A stretch of 64,000 nt of DNA from an uncultured Candidatus Rokubacteria bacterium (GTDB taxonomy: Bacteria > Methylomirabilota > Methylomirabilia > Rokubacteriales > CSP1-6). The DNA lies in NCBI GenBank assembly GCA_963771355.1, contig CAVYTA010000006.1:160001-224000 (forward strand), written 5' to 3'. Positions 30,802-40,504 of this stretch are shown here, piece after piece (position 1 is the first letter of the stretch; each line of letters opens with the position of its first letter). Under the pieces are notes generated by a model. The model worked only from the letters and a program-made list of their open reading frames with translations, ran no database searches and was not told the DNA's origin. Both the position numbers and the translations under genes were made by a program.

Positions 30802-31890
30802 CTAGCTGCTCAGCGTGCTGTAATACGCGCCCTCGACCTTGGCCCAGTCCGCGGTGGTGGTCACGAACTTCGAGTACGCGGCGGCCACCTTCTTGGCCAT
30901 GGGGCTCTTGTCGGCTTCCTCCTGCATGACCTGGGCGGCGATCTTCCGCGCCCCGTCGAGGACGGCATCGGGGAACTTGATCAGCTCCACTTTCGTCTTG
31001 AACTCCGTGTTGAGACGATGGAGCGCGGTCGCGTTCTTGACGAAGTACTCCGCATCGGAGGCGGCAAGGATCACCGCGGCGGCATAGTCGAGCACGTGGC
31101 GGTACTCGGCGGACAGGCCGTCGTACGCCTTCTTGTTGAAGCTGAACTCCGCGATCGAGGTGGCCTCCTGCCAGCCCGGGTAGTAGTAGTAACGGGCCGC
31201 GTTCTGAAGACCGAGCTTGAGATCGTCGTACGGCCCGATGAACTCGGTGGCGTCGATGGTGCCGCGCTCGAGCGCCGTGTAGATCTCGCCCGGCGGCAGG
31301 AGCACGACCGCCGCGCCCGCCTTCGCGTACACCTTGCCCGCGAGGCCGGGAATGCGGATCTTCAGGCCCTTCATGTCGTCGACGGTGTTGATCTTCTTCC
31401 GGAACCACCCGCCCATCTGGGGATTGGTCGACTGGCCGGGCCGCGGCACCACGCCGAAGGGCGTGTAGGCCTCTTCCCAGAGCTTGAGGCCGTCGCCTTG
31501 CTGGTACCACGCCGTGTACCCCTGCGTGTTGAGCCCGAACGGCACGGACGTGAACCACTGAAGGCCGTTCTCCTTGCCGGCCCAGTAGTAGGCCGCGCCG
31601 TTGAACGCCTCCACCGTGCCCTGGATGCAGGCATCGAAGACGCCGGTGGCGGGCATCAGCTCCCCGCCGGCGAACACTTGGATCTTGAACCGCCCGCCCG
31701 TCAGCTCCTCCACGACCTTGGCGAACTTCTGGGCATTGCCCTGCAGGACGTCGAGGGCCGGCGGCCACATGGTGGGCATCCGCCACTGAATCCGGGGCTG
31801 GGCGATCACGTTCGGAGCGTTGACGACGGACGCCGCCCCGGCGGCCACGAGCACGCCGCCGGCCTTCACGAAGAATCTTCTTCGTTGCAT
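30802..31890 (-). CDS. dctP: TRAP substrate-binding protein (TakP-like) with Tat signal
   Basis: MQRRRFF Tat motif; FAGGEL, YYWAGK, QMGGWFRK, LKIRIPG, ALERGTIDATE, YYYPGWQE. Confidence 0.92.
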   Translation of the reverse strand: MQRRRFFVKAGGVLVAAGAASVVNAPNVIAQPRIQWRMPTMWPPALDVLQGNAQKFAKVVEELTGGRFKIQVFAGGELMPATGVFDACIQGTVEAFNGAAYYWAGKENGLQWFTSVPFGLNTQGYTAWYQQGDGLKLWEEAYTPFGVVPRPGQSTNPQMGGWFRKKINTVDDMKGLKIRIPGLAGKVYAKAGAAVVLLPPGEIYTALERGTIDATEFIGPYDDLKLGLQNAARYYYYPGWQEATSIAEFSFNKKAYDGLSAEYRHVLDYAAAVILAASDAEYFVKNATALHRLNTEFKTKVELIKFPDAVLDGARKIAAQVMQEEADKSPMAKKVAAAYSKFVTTTADWAKVEGAYYSTLSS

Positions 31891-31997
31891 GGAGAGCCTC
31901 CCGCGTTGGGGTGAGTGAGACCGTGCCCGTCTCGCGATCCGCACGACACGGCGGTTCCCGGCCACCGTCACGGCGGAGCGCGCTTCCACAATGAGCG

Positions 31998-32375
31998 CTA
32001 CTGCGGCATCGCGGCGTATGCGAGCACCTCGATCCGGGTGCCCGGAACCACCAGACCTGCCACCACGATGCACGCTCTCGACGGATACGGCCGGCGGAAG
32101 TACCGGGCGTACACCTCGTCGATGGCCGGCTTGTCCTCGATGCGGGTGATGTAGAGGATCACCTGGGCCACATCGTCCAGGGTGGCGCCGGCGGCCTCGA
32201 CGGCGTGCTTCAGGTTGGACAGCGCCAGCTCCGCCTGCTCGGTGGCGCTGCCGGTCTCCGCCGATCCGTCGGGTCGGATGGGCAGATGCGCGGTGAAGAG
32301 AATACCATTCGCGATGACGGCGTGGGAGAAGGGCGCCGGCTCCGGGGCCAGGCCGGTCCGGACTTCCTGACGCAC
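31998..32375 (-). CDS. RidA/YjgF-family imine deaminase
   Basis: GTG start after GGAGGAAAGGAG; APFSHAV, YFRRPYPSRACI (conserved Arg), RIEV. Confidence 0.85.
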   Translation of the reverse strand: MRQEVRTGLAPEPAPFSHAVIANGILFTAHLPIRPDGSAETGSATEQAELALSNLKHAVEAAGATLDDVAQVILYITRIEDKPAIDEVYARYFRRPYPSRACIVVAGLVVPGTRIEVLAYAAMPQ

Positions 32376-32398
32376 TCGCGGCTCCTTTCCTCCCGCCG

Positions 32399-34001
32399 CT
32401 ACTTTCCTTCCAGCGCGGCCAGCGGCGCGTAGTCCGCCGTCCCGCCATGGCCACCCGCGAACTTGGCCGGCGTGATGCCGGCTTTCTTCACGCCGGCCAC
32501 CAGCGCGGCGAGCGGGGGGTTGAGACGGTCCGGCAGGGCCCCGCCCGGGTTCCAGATGTCGGTGACGAAGCCCAGCTTGAGGTCCGGGACATACCCGATC
32601 ATGAGCCCCTCCGCATGCGGGTTGGGCGCGATCACGTAGGCGTGGACTTCCCGCTGTCCGTCGGTGTGGACCCACTTGTCCGCCACCTCGATGATGGGGG
32701 TGCGGGTCAGGTCCTTCGGCGAAAGGTCCGGGTTGCGCGTGTAGGGCGCGGCCAGGACGCGCTTCCAGTGCTCCGCGGTGCCCTTGGCGGTGACGATGGT
32801 GGCGCCCTCGTTGGCGTAGGCGCGGATGCCGCCCGCGTGATCCATGTGGTGGTGGGTGAGCACGAGGTACTTCACCGGCTTGCGGAGGTACTTCGCGCGG
32901 ACGGCGCTCAGCACCCAGTTCGCCTGCCAGTCGCTCACCGGCGCGTCGTAGACGACGACGTGGTCCTTCATCTCCACGACGAGGCTATGGTGCGTGCCGC
33001 CCACCTGATGCTGGACGCCGGGCCCCAGCTCCACGAGCCGGAGACCGGGCGAGGCCTTGGTGTCATAACTCGGCTGCTCGGAGTCCAGATACACGCCAAT
33101 GAACTGGCGCCGGATGACCCACTGATAGGGCACGTCGCCGGTGGTGGCCCCGCGCGCGCCCGCCAGATACGCGGCGGGGATGACCAGACTGTCGGCGGCC
33201 AGGGGCGCATTGATCTTCGACTCGCGTGATCTTGGTCTCCATCACGGTGCGCCCGTTCAGCTCGTACTTGCGGGTCATGGCGATGCGCACGCCGTCCACC
33301 GTCTGCCAGTCGGACAGCACGAGGTCGTAGTTCACGTCGCCCCAGATATTGTCGTAGTCGAGCGTCCGGATTCGGGCCGGGAGTCCCGTGGCCCGGTCGA
33401 ACATCACGGTGAGGGTCTGATCGCCGGTACGGTAGTTGACGGCGGGGTAGGCGACACCGCCGACGCTGATGTCGCTCACCGCCGCGAGGCTCGCGGGATT
33501 CTTGAACATCTCGAGCACGAGGAGCGGCGAGGCGCGCAGCAGCTCCCGCTGCACGGTGGCCATCCGCACCCCGGACATCGTATGCGCGGGCGGGTTCGAC
33601 TCCTGGCTCTGCTTGGTGCGCCCATTGCTGTCGATGCCGGCGACATAGCCGGCCGAGGGAGTGACGATCTCGCTGAACGTGAAGGTGCGCGGCGCCGGGT
33701 ACTGGAAGTTGCGTACCCAGTCGTTCCGGGTGGTGCGGCTGGCCACGTCCGTGACCGAGGTCACGGTGGACTCGCCGGCATAGCGCATCTCGCCGCCGGC
33801 CGCGGCGGACTGCTCCGGATCCCACTGCTTCACGGTGCCCTTCTCGGAGATGGTCTTGACCCCGCCCAGGGTCACCGGACCGCCGGAGGCCTGCACGGCC
33901 CGCGTGACGAGGTCCAGTCCCTGCTGCTGCGTGGAGGCGCAGGCCCCGACCAGCGCGGTGAGGGCCAGCGCGCCGACAAGCAAGTAGGCGAAACGCTTCA
34001 T
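32399..34001 (-). CDS. Lipoprotein with C-terminal metallo-beta-lactamase fold, frameshift at about 33220
   Basis: MKRFAYLL..LVGAC lipobox; beta-rich N-terminal domain; THHHMDHAGG, PHAEG, GGHG; frames rejoin as KINAPLAADSLVIP. Confidence 0.82.
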
Positions 34002-34103
34002 CGAGTTCCTCCCGTCAAGGAAAGGTGATCCGGGTGAAAGCGTGAACATGGGGCGATCCGGCGGCACAGTATCGAGCCGGCGCGGCCGTGTCAAGCGGCG
34101 GGC

Positions 34104-34895
34104 CTAGAGAACCGAGCGGACGAGGCCGCCGTCCACGAGCATGGTGGTACCGGTGATGTAACTGGACCGGCTCGAGGCGAGGAAGGCGACCAGATACGCC
34201 ATCTCCTCGGGCCGGCCGACGCGTCCCACCGCGGTCTCGGCCGCCCGCTGTGCCAGCGCGTCCTCGACGGAGATCCCGGTCTCCTTCGCGCGCGCGGTCA
34301 CGTTGGAGAGCATGCGCTCGCTGAGCAGCGAGCCCGGGCACACGTTGTTGACGAGGATGCCGTCACGCCCCACCTCGTCCGCGAGGCTCTTGGCGAAGGC
34401 GACCACGCCCATGCGCGTGGCGCCGGAGAGCGCGAGGTTGGGGATGGGCTGATAGACCGTGCTGGCCAGGATATTGATGATGCGGCCGCCCCCGGCGCGC
34501 CGGAGATGCGGCACCGCCTCCCGGCACATGCGGGCAAAGAAGAGCAGGGACCGCTGGAGGGCCGTGGCCCACTGCTCCTCGGTGGCATTGTGGGCGCGGG
34601 CCAGGGGCGGCCCTCCCGAGTTGTTGACGAGGATGTCGAGTCGCCCGAACCGGGCCACCGTGGCGGCGATGAGATCCCGGATGGTGTCCGGCCGGTCGAG
34701 ATCCCCCGGGAAGCTCAGGACCTCGGCTCCGGTGGCGTCATGGATCTCGCGGGCCGTCTTGTCCAGGTCCGGCTGCGACCGGCTGCAGAGGGCCAGCGTC
34801 GCGCCTTCGGCTGCGAGCACCTCGGCGCAGGCTCGCCCCAGTCCCTTGCTCGCCCCGCCGATGACGGCGACCTTTCCCTTGAGCTCGAGATCCAT
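34104..34895 (-). CDS. Short-chain dehydrogenase/reductase
   Basis: GASKGLG, NNSGGP, LSGATR (atypical YxxxK position), VCPG. Confidence 0.88.
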   Translation of the reverse strand: MDLELKGKVAVIGGASKGLGRACAEVLAAEGATLALCSRSQPDLDKTAREIHDATGAEVLSFPGDLDRPDTIRDLIAATVARFGRLDILVNNSGGPPLARAHNATEEQWATALQRSLLFFARMCREAVPHLRRAGGGRIINILASTVYQPIPNLALSGATRMGVVAFAKSLADEVGRDGILVNNVCPGSLLSERMLSNVTARAKETGISVEDALAQRAAETAVGRVGRPEEMAYLVAFLASSRSSYITGTTMLVDGGLVRSVL

Positions 34896-34949
34896 CGAGC
34901 TCACTTATCGGGGCAAACATCCCGTTTGTCAACGCGGGCCCGCCCGCAA

Positions 34950-36551
34950 TTACTCGGGCGGTAACGCATGAGCGGGGGCGCGCTCGGGAGTCGGGGCGGG
35001 GTCCGGCGGCTCGAGCCGGATCCGGCGCATCAGGGGCAGGAAGATCGGCACCACCGCGAACATCACCGCCAGGAGCCAGAAGTCGTCGGCATAGGCGAGG
35101 AGCTGGGCCTGATTCACCGTCTCGCGATAGAGCATGGCCATGGCCTGTCGCTCGGCGGTGAAGGCGTCGCTCCCCTGGGCCGCGAAGTGCCCGACCCAGC
35201 GCGCCAGGCGCTGCCGGGTCTCCGGATCCCACGCGGTGATGTGGCTCACCAGCGTGGACTGGTGGAACTGACTCCGCTGGGCGAGGAGCGTGGTGGCCAC
35301 CGCGATCCCCACGCTGCCGCCCACGTTCCGGAGCATCCCGTAGATGGCGGTGGCGTTGACCAGCTTGTCGCGCCGGACGGTGGCCAGGGTGAGGGTCGAG
35401 AGCGGCACGAAGATGAAGCCGATGGCGAAGCCCTGGATGAAGCGCGGCAGGGCGAGCGCCCAGTAGTCCATGCCCAGCGTGAGGGACGTCATCATGTAGA
35501 GCGCCGCCGCGTTGAGCAGGCAGCCGAAGGCCAGCATCAGGCGCTGATCCACCCGGGTCACCATCCCCGAGGCGAACAGGGAGAAGATATTGCCGAGCCC
35601 GCCCGGCGCCAGCACCAGCCCCGACGTCCAGGCGTCGTAGCCGAGGAGCTTCTGCGTGAAGACGGCCACCAGCAGCATCCCCGAGAACATGCCGAAGCCG
35701 ACGACGGCGATCATGGTGACGCCGGTGGCGAAGTTCCGGTCGGTGAAGGCGGTGAGGTCCAGGATGGGATCGCTGGTGGTCAGCTCGCGGATCAGGAAGG
35801 CGACCAGCGCGCACACGGCGATGGCGGTCATGGCCACGATGGCCGACGACTGGAACCAGTCCTCCCGCTCCCCGCGGTCCAGGACGAGCTGGAGGCAGCC
35901 GAAGCCCGCCACCATCAGCGCCAGTCCCCACCAGTCGATGCGCGCGGCTTTCTTGAGATAGGGCGGGTCGAAGAGGAACGCGCTGCCCAGGAGGAAGCCG
36001 AGGATCCCCACCGGCAGGTTGATGTAGAAGATCCAGCGCCAGGACCACTCGTCCGCCAGATAGCCGCCCACGGTCGGGCCCAGGATGGGCCCGAGGATGA
36101 AGCCGACGCCCCACACCGCCATGGCGAGGCCGCGCTGATGAAAGGGGAAGATCTCCCAGAGGATGGCCTGCGAGAGCGGGATGATGGGCCCGCCGCCCAG
36201 CCCCTGGAAGATGCGGGCGATGATGAGCGTGGTCAGATCGGGAGCGGCGCCGGAGAGGAAGGAGCTCGCCACGAAGAGCGTGGTGCAGATGAGGAAGAAC
36301 TTCTTGCGGCCGAAGAGGCCGGCCAGCCAGCCGGTGGCGGGGATGACCACGGCATTGGCGGCCAGGTAGGACGTGATCACCCAGGAGACCTCGTCCAGCC
36401 CCGCCGAGAGCGACCCCTGCAGGTGCGGCAGGATGACGTTGGTGACGCTGGTGTCCAGGATCTGCATGAACGCCACCACCATGATGGTGAAGGTGATGGC
36501 CCACTTCTGAGCAGGCGAGATCGGCGGGGCATCCGGCGCTGGAGCCGTCAT
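34950..36551 (-). CDS. DHA2 (EmrB/QacA) MFS efflux permease
   Basis: MQILDTSVTNV, WVITSYL, FGRKKFF, ARIFQGLGGG, GPILGPTVGG, WRWIFYINLPVG. Confidence 0.92.
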   Translation of the reverse strand: MTAPAPDAPPISPAQKWAITFTIMVVAFMQILDTSVTNVILPHLQGSLSAGLDEVSWVITSYLAANAVVIPATGWLAGLFGRKKFFLICTTLFVASSFLSGAAPDLTTLIIARIFQGLGGGPIIPLSQAILWEIFPFHQRGLAMAVWGVGFILGPILGPTVGGYLADEWSWRWIFYINLPVGILGFLLGSAFLFDPPYLKKAARIDWWGLALMVAGFGCLQLVLDRGEREDWFQSSAIVAMTAIAVCALVAFLIRELTTSDPILDLTAFTDRNFATGVTMIAVVGFGMFSGMLLVAVFTQKLLGYDAWTSGLVLAPGGLGNIFSLFASGMVTRVDQRLMLAFGCLLNAAALYMMTSLTLGMDYWALALPRFIQGFAIGFIFVPLSTLTLATVRRDKLVNATAIYGMLRNVGGSVGIAVATTLLAQRSQFHQSTLVSHITAWDPETRQRLARWVGHFAAQGSDAFTAERQAMAMLYRETVNQAQLLAYADDFWLLAVMFAVVPIFLPLMRRIRLEPPDPAPTPERAPAHALPPE

Positions 36552-36624
36552 GTGTAGGCCGCGGTCTTGGGATAGGATATGCGCCGGGGCGCGAGAACGC
36601 GAGGGGCATGAGAGGAGCGAGTCA

Positions 36625-37623
36625 ATGGCGACGCTGACGACCGAGCGCGAGCTGACCTACGGCGAGGCGGTGAAGGAAGCCATCGCGGAGGAGATGCGGC
36701 GGGACCCCACCGTCTTCCTCATCGGGGAGGACGTGGCGGAGGCCGGGCATCCCTTCAAGACCCTGGTCGGCCTGGTCCAGGAGTTCGGGACCGGGCGGAT
36801 CATCGACACGCCCATCTCCGAGCCCGGCTATGCCGGCATCGGCGTCGGCGCCGCCATGACCGGCATGCGCCCCATCGTGGACGTGATGTTCGGCGACTTC
36901 ATCACGCTGACCATGGACCAGATGGTGAATCAGGCCGCCAAGGCGCACTACATGTCCGGCGGCAAGATCAAGGTGCCCATCGTCTTCCGCACCACGCTCG
37001 GCGCCACCCGTCGCTCCGCCGCCCAGCACTCGCAGTCGCTGCACGCCTGGGTGAGCCATGTCCCCGGGCTCAAGGTGGCGCTGCCCTCCGGCCCTTACGA
37101 GGCCAAGGGGCTCATGAAGACGGCCATCCGCGACGACAGCCCGGTGGTGATCTTCGAGGACAAGATGATGTACCGGCTCAAGGGTCCGGTGCCGGCCGAG
37201 GACTACACCATCCCCTTCGGCGTGGCGGAGGTGAAGCGGGCCGGCAAGGACATCACCATCGTCGCCACCAGCAGCATGGTGGGCGTGGCGCTGGGCGCGG
37301 CGAAGATGCTGGACGATATCGGCATCAGCGCCGAGGTCATCGATCCGCGGACGACATATCCCCTCGACAAGCAGGCCCTGATCGACTCGGCCAAGAAGAC
37401 CTCCCGCGCCCTGGTGGTGGACGAGGGGTACGAGCGCTACGGGGTGACCGCGGAGCTCGCCGCCGTGATCGCGGACGGCGCCTTCTACTATCTCGACGCG
37501 CCGGTGAAGCGCCTGGGGGCCATGGACGTGCCGGTGCCCTTCTCGCCGGTGCTGGAAGATCTCACGGTGCCGTCGGAGCAGACGGTGTTCGCGGCGGCCA
37601 AGGCGCTCTGCGGGAAGACCTGA
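36625..37623 (+). CDS. 2-oxoacid/acetoin dehydrogenase E1 beta subunit
   Basis: GEDVA, DTPISE, DQMVNQAAK, AAQHSQ, PGLKV. Confidence 0.92.
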   Translation: MATLTTERELTYGEAVKEAIAEEMRRDPTVFLIGEDVAEAGHPFKTLVGLVQEFGTGRIIDTPISEPGYAGIGVGAAMTGMRPIVDVMFGDFITLTMDQMVNQAAKAHYMSGGKIKVPIVFRTTLGATRRSAAQHSQSLHAWVSHVPGLKVALPSGPYEAKGLMKTAIRDDSPVVIFEDKMMYRLKGPVPAEDYTIPFGVAEVKRAGKDITIVATSSMVGVALGAAKMLDDIGISAEVIDPRTTYPLDKQALIDSAKKTSRALVVDEGYERYGVTAELAAVIADGAFYYLDAPVKRLGAMDVPVPFSPVLEDLTVPSEQTVFAAAKALCGKT

Positions 37624-38888
37624 TGCCGACCACGGTCATCATGCCGGCCCTGGAGCTGGCGCAGGAGACCGGCAAGGTCATTCGCTGGCTCAAGGCGCCC
37701 GGCGACGCGGTGCGAAAGGGCGAGCCCATCGTGGAGATCGAGACCGACAAGGTCACGGTGGAGATCGAGGCCCCCGCCAGCGGCATCCTGGGCAGCGTGA
37801 CCGCACGGGAAGGGGACGTGGTGCCCGTGGGCCAGACCATCGCGCTCATCGCGGCTCCGGGAGAAGGGGACGCGCCGCCGCCGGGCGTGGTGAAGGCCTC
37901 GCCGCTGGCGCGCAAGCTGGCCGAGCAGCACGGCGTCGACCTCGCCCAGGTGAAGACGGCCGGCGGCAAGATCGAGAAGGCCGACGTTCTCGCGCATGTC
38001 GACCGCCGCAGCCCGCCGGCCGCCGGCAATGGCGCGGCCACGAGGGAAGCGGCCGCGCGCCTCACCGCCGCCTCCCCCAAGGCCCGCCGGCTGGCCGCCG
38101 AGCGCGGCCTCGACGTGGGGGCGCTGCGCGGCTCCGGGCCCGAGGGCGCCGTCCTCGCCGCGGATATTCCCGCCGCGCGGACGTCCGCTCCCCCCGAAGC
38201 GGCGCGCGCGGGGGCGAGGGGCGAAGGCGTCAGCAATGTCTGGCGCATCATGGCCGAGCGCATGACGCAGAGCTGGACCAGCGCGCCGCACTTCTACCTG
38301 GTGCGCGAGGTCAACGTGAGCCGCCTCGTCGCCTGGCGAGAGCAGGCCGGCAAGCAGACGGGCGCCCGCATCACCTACACCGATCTCCTGGTGCGCCTCG
38401 TCGCCGCGGCCCTCGCCCGGCACCCGGCCGCGAACGTCGCCTGGAAGGACGGGACGATCGTCCGCCACCCCGAGGTCAATATCGGCCTGGCCGTGGCCCT
38501 CGACGAGGGCCTCGTCGTCCCCGTCCTCCACCGCGCCGACACCCTCGGCCTTCCGGAGATCGCCGCCCGCCGCGAGGACCTCGTGACCCGCGCCCAGGCC
38601 GGCAAGCTCCGCCCCGCCGACATCCAGGGCGGCGGCTTCACGGTCAGCAATCTCGGGATGTACGGCGTGGACGCCTTCAGCGCCATCGTCAATCCGCCCC
38701 AGGCCGCCATCCTCGCCGTCGGCCGCATCGCCGACCGCGTGGTGCCGCTGAACGGCCAGCCGGCCGTCCAGCCCACCATGGTGCTGACGCTCTCGTGTGA
38801 TCACCGCGCGCTGGACGGGGCCCGGGGCGCCCAGTTCCTCGGCGCGCTGGCCGAGCTGATCGAGGAGCCCCTGGCGCTGCTCGTCTAG
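37623..38888 (+). CDS. Dihydrolipoamide acyltransferase E2 with two subunit-binding domains
   Basis: Lipoyl ETDKV; ASPLARKLA and ASPKARRLA; catalytic CDHRALDG; overlaps E1beta stop (TGATG). Confidence 0.92.
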   Translation: MPTTVIMPALELAQETGKVIRWLKAPGDAVRKGEPIVEIETDKVTVEIEAPASGILGSVTAREGDVVPVGQTIALIAAPGEGDAPPPGVVKASPLARKLAEQHGVDLAQVKTAGGKIEKADVLAHVDRRSPPAAGNGAATREAAARLTAASPKARRLAAERGLDVGALRGSGPEGAVLAADIPAARTSAPPEAARAGARGEGVSNVWRIMAERMTQSWTSAPHFYLVREVNVSRLVAWREQAGKQTGARITYTDLLVRLVAAALARHPAANVAWKDGTIVRHPEVNIGLAVALDEGLVVPVLHRADTLGLPEIAARREDLVTRAQAGKLRPADIQGGGFTVSNLGMYGVDAFSAIVNPPQAAILAVGRIADRVVPLNGQPAVQPTMVLTLSCDHRALDGARGAQFLGALAELIEEPLALLV

Positions 38889-38926
38889 ACCGTGACCGGC
38901 AGCGAACCCTCACCGGAGGAATCGTC

Positions 38927-40477
38927 ATGCGCATGAAGGCGCTCCGCCTCGCCACCCTGATCGTTGCTTGCGCGTTCGCGCTCGGGGCGCCGGCGGCGGC
39001 CCAGGAAACCCCGCGGATGGGCGGCGTGCTCAAGGTGGCCGCCATCGGAGAGCCGCCCACGCTGGACATCCCGTCGAGCACCGCGACCCTCGTCTACGAG
39101 ATCATGTGGCACGTCAACGAGGGCCTCTTCACCTACGACAAGGGCTTCAATCCCACCCCCATGCTCGCGGAGTCGCACACCGTGAGCGACAAGGGCCTGC
39201 GCCACACGATCACGCTCCGCAAGGGCGTGAAGTTCCACAACGGCAAGGAGATGACCTCGGCGGACGTGGTGCCGTCGCTCCGCCGCTGGGGGCGCGTGGC
39301 GTCGGTGGGGCGCACGCTGTGGAAGTACGTGGAGGCGGTGGAAGCCAAGGACCCGTACACCGTGGTGGTCAGCATGAAGCAGCCCTCGGCGTCCCTCATC
39401 TACGGGCTCTCCGAGCCGCATGCCGCCATCTATCCGAAGGAGAGCATCGAGGCGGCAGGAGAGGGCCAGCTCAAGGAGTTCATCGGCACGGGCCCCTTCC
39501 GGTTCGTCGAGCATCGGCCGGACCGCCACATCAAGCTGGCACGGTTCAAGGACTATAGCGCCCGATCGGAGCCCTCCAACGGCTTCGGCGGCAAGCGCAC
39601 CGCGTATTTCGACGAGATCCTCTTCCTCACGGTGCCGGACAATGCGGTGCGGCTGGCGGGAGTGGAGACCGGCGAGTACCACCACGCCATGTTCATCCAG
39701 CAGGATGCCTTCGGCCGCATCAAGGGCGTCCAGGCGCTCGAGCCGCGCATCGTCAAGCCGCGCGGCTGGGCGGTGGCGGTGTTGAACCACAAGCAGGGGC
39801 TGATGACCCAGAAGAAGCTTCGCCAGGCTCTCCAGGCCGCGCTGGACATGGAGCCCATCATGGTGGCGGGCTTCGGCTCCCGCGAGTTCTACCGCCTCGA
39901 TCCGAGCCTCTTCTTCCCCGAGCAGCCCTGGCATTCCACCGTCTCGGCCGCGCTCTACAACCAGAAGAACAAGGACAAGGCGCGCCAGCTCCTCAAGGAG
40001 GCCGGCTACGGCGGCCAGCCCATCCGCTGGGTGACCACCAAGGAATACGAGTTCATGTACAACAATGCCCTCGTCGCCAAGCAGCAGCTCGAGGCGGTGG
40101 GCTTCGTCATCGACCTGCAGGTAACGGACTGGGCCTCCGTGAACCACCGGACCGAGAAGCAGCCCGACGCCTGGGAAGTGTTCTCCACCGGCTTCGTCTT
40201 CTCCGCCGACCCGGCCAATCACGTGTCGTTGCGCTGCACCTTCCAGGGCTGGTGGTGCAACGAGGAGAAGGAGCGGCTGCTGGGCGAGCTCCAGGTGGAG
40301 ACGGACGTGAAGAAGCGCAAGGCCATCGTCGATCGCATCCAGACCGTCTTCTACGAGGACGTCGGCCAGGTGAAGCTCGGCGACTACTTCACTCTTGATG
40401 TCGCGCGACGGGACCTGCGCGGGGAGTTCCGCACCGCGCCCCGCATGTACTTCTGGAATAGCTGGCTCGCCCGCTGA
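38927..40477 (+). CDS. ABC substrate-binding protein, family 5 (peptide/nickel type), orphan
   Basis: Signal peptide; LRKGVKFHNG, GTGPF, ARQLLKEAGY. Confidence 0.9.
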   Translation: MRMKALRLATLIVACAFALGAPAAAQETPRMGGVLKVAAIGEPPTLDIPSSTATLVYEIMWHVNEGLFTYDKGFNPTPMLAESHTVSDKGLRHTITLRKGVKFHNGKEMTSADVVPSLRRWGRVASVGRTLWKYVEAVEAKDPYTVVVSMKQPSASLIYGLSEPHAAIYPKESIEAAGEGQLKEFIGTGPFRFVEHRPDRHIKLARFKDYSARSEPSNGFGGKRTAYFDEILFLTVPDNAVRLAGVETGEYHHAMFIQQDAFGRIKGVQALEPRIVKPRGWAVAVLNHKQGLMTQKKLRQALQAALDMEPIMVAGFGSREFYRLDPSLFFPEQPWHSTVSAALYNQKNKDKARQLLKEAGYGGQPIRWVTTKEYEFMYNNALVAKQQLEAVGFVIDLQVTDWASVNHRTEKQPDAWEVFSTGFVFSADPANHVSLRCTFQGWWCNEEKERLLGELQVETDVKKRKAIVDRIQTVFYEDVGQVKLGDYFTLDVARRDLRGEFRTAPRMYFWNSWLAR

Positions 40478-40504
40478 GCCGACGAGGCAGGGCGCGGCGG
40501 GCGG

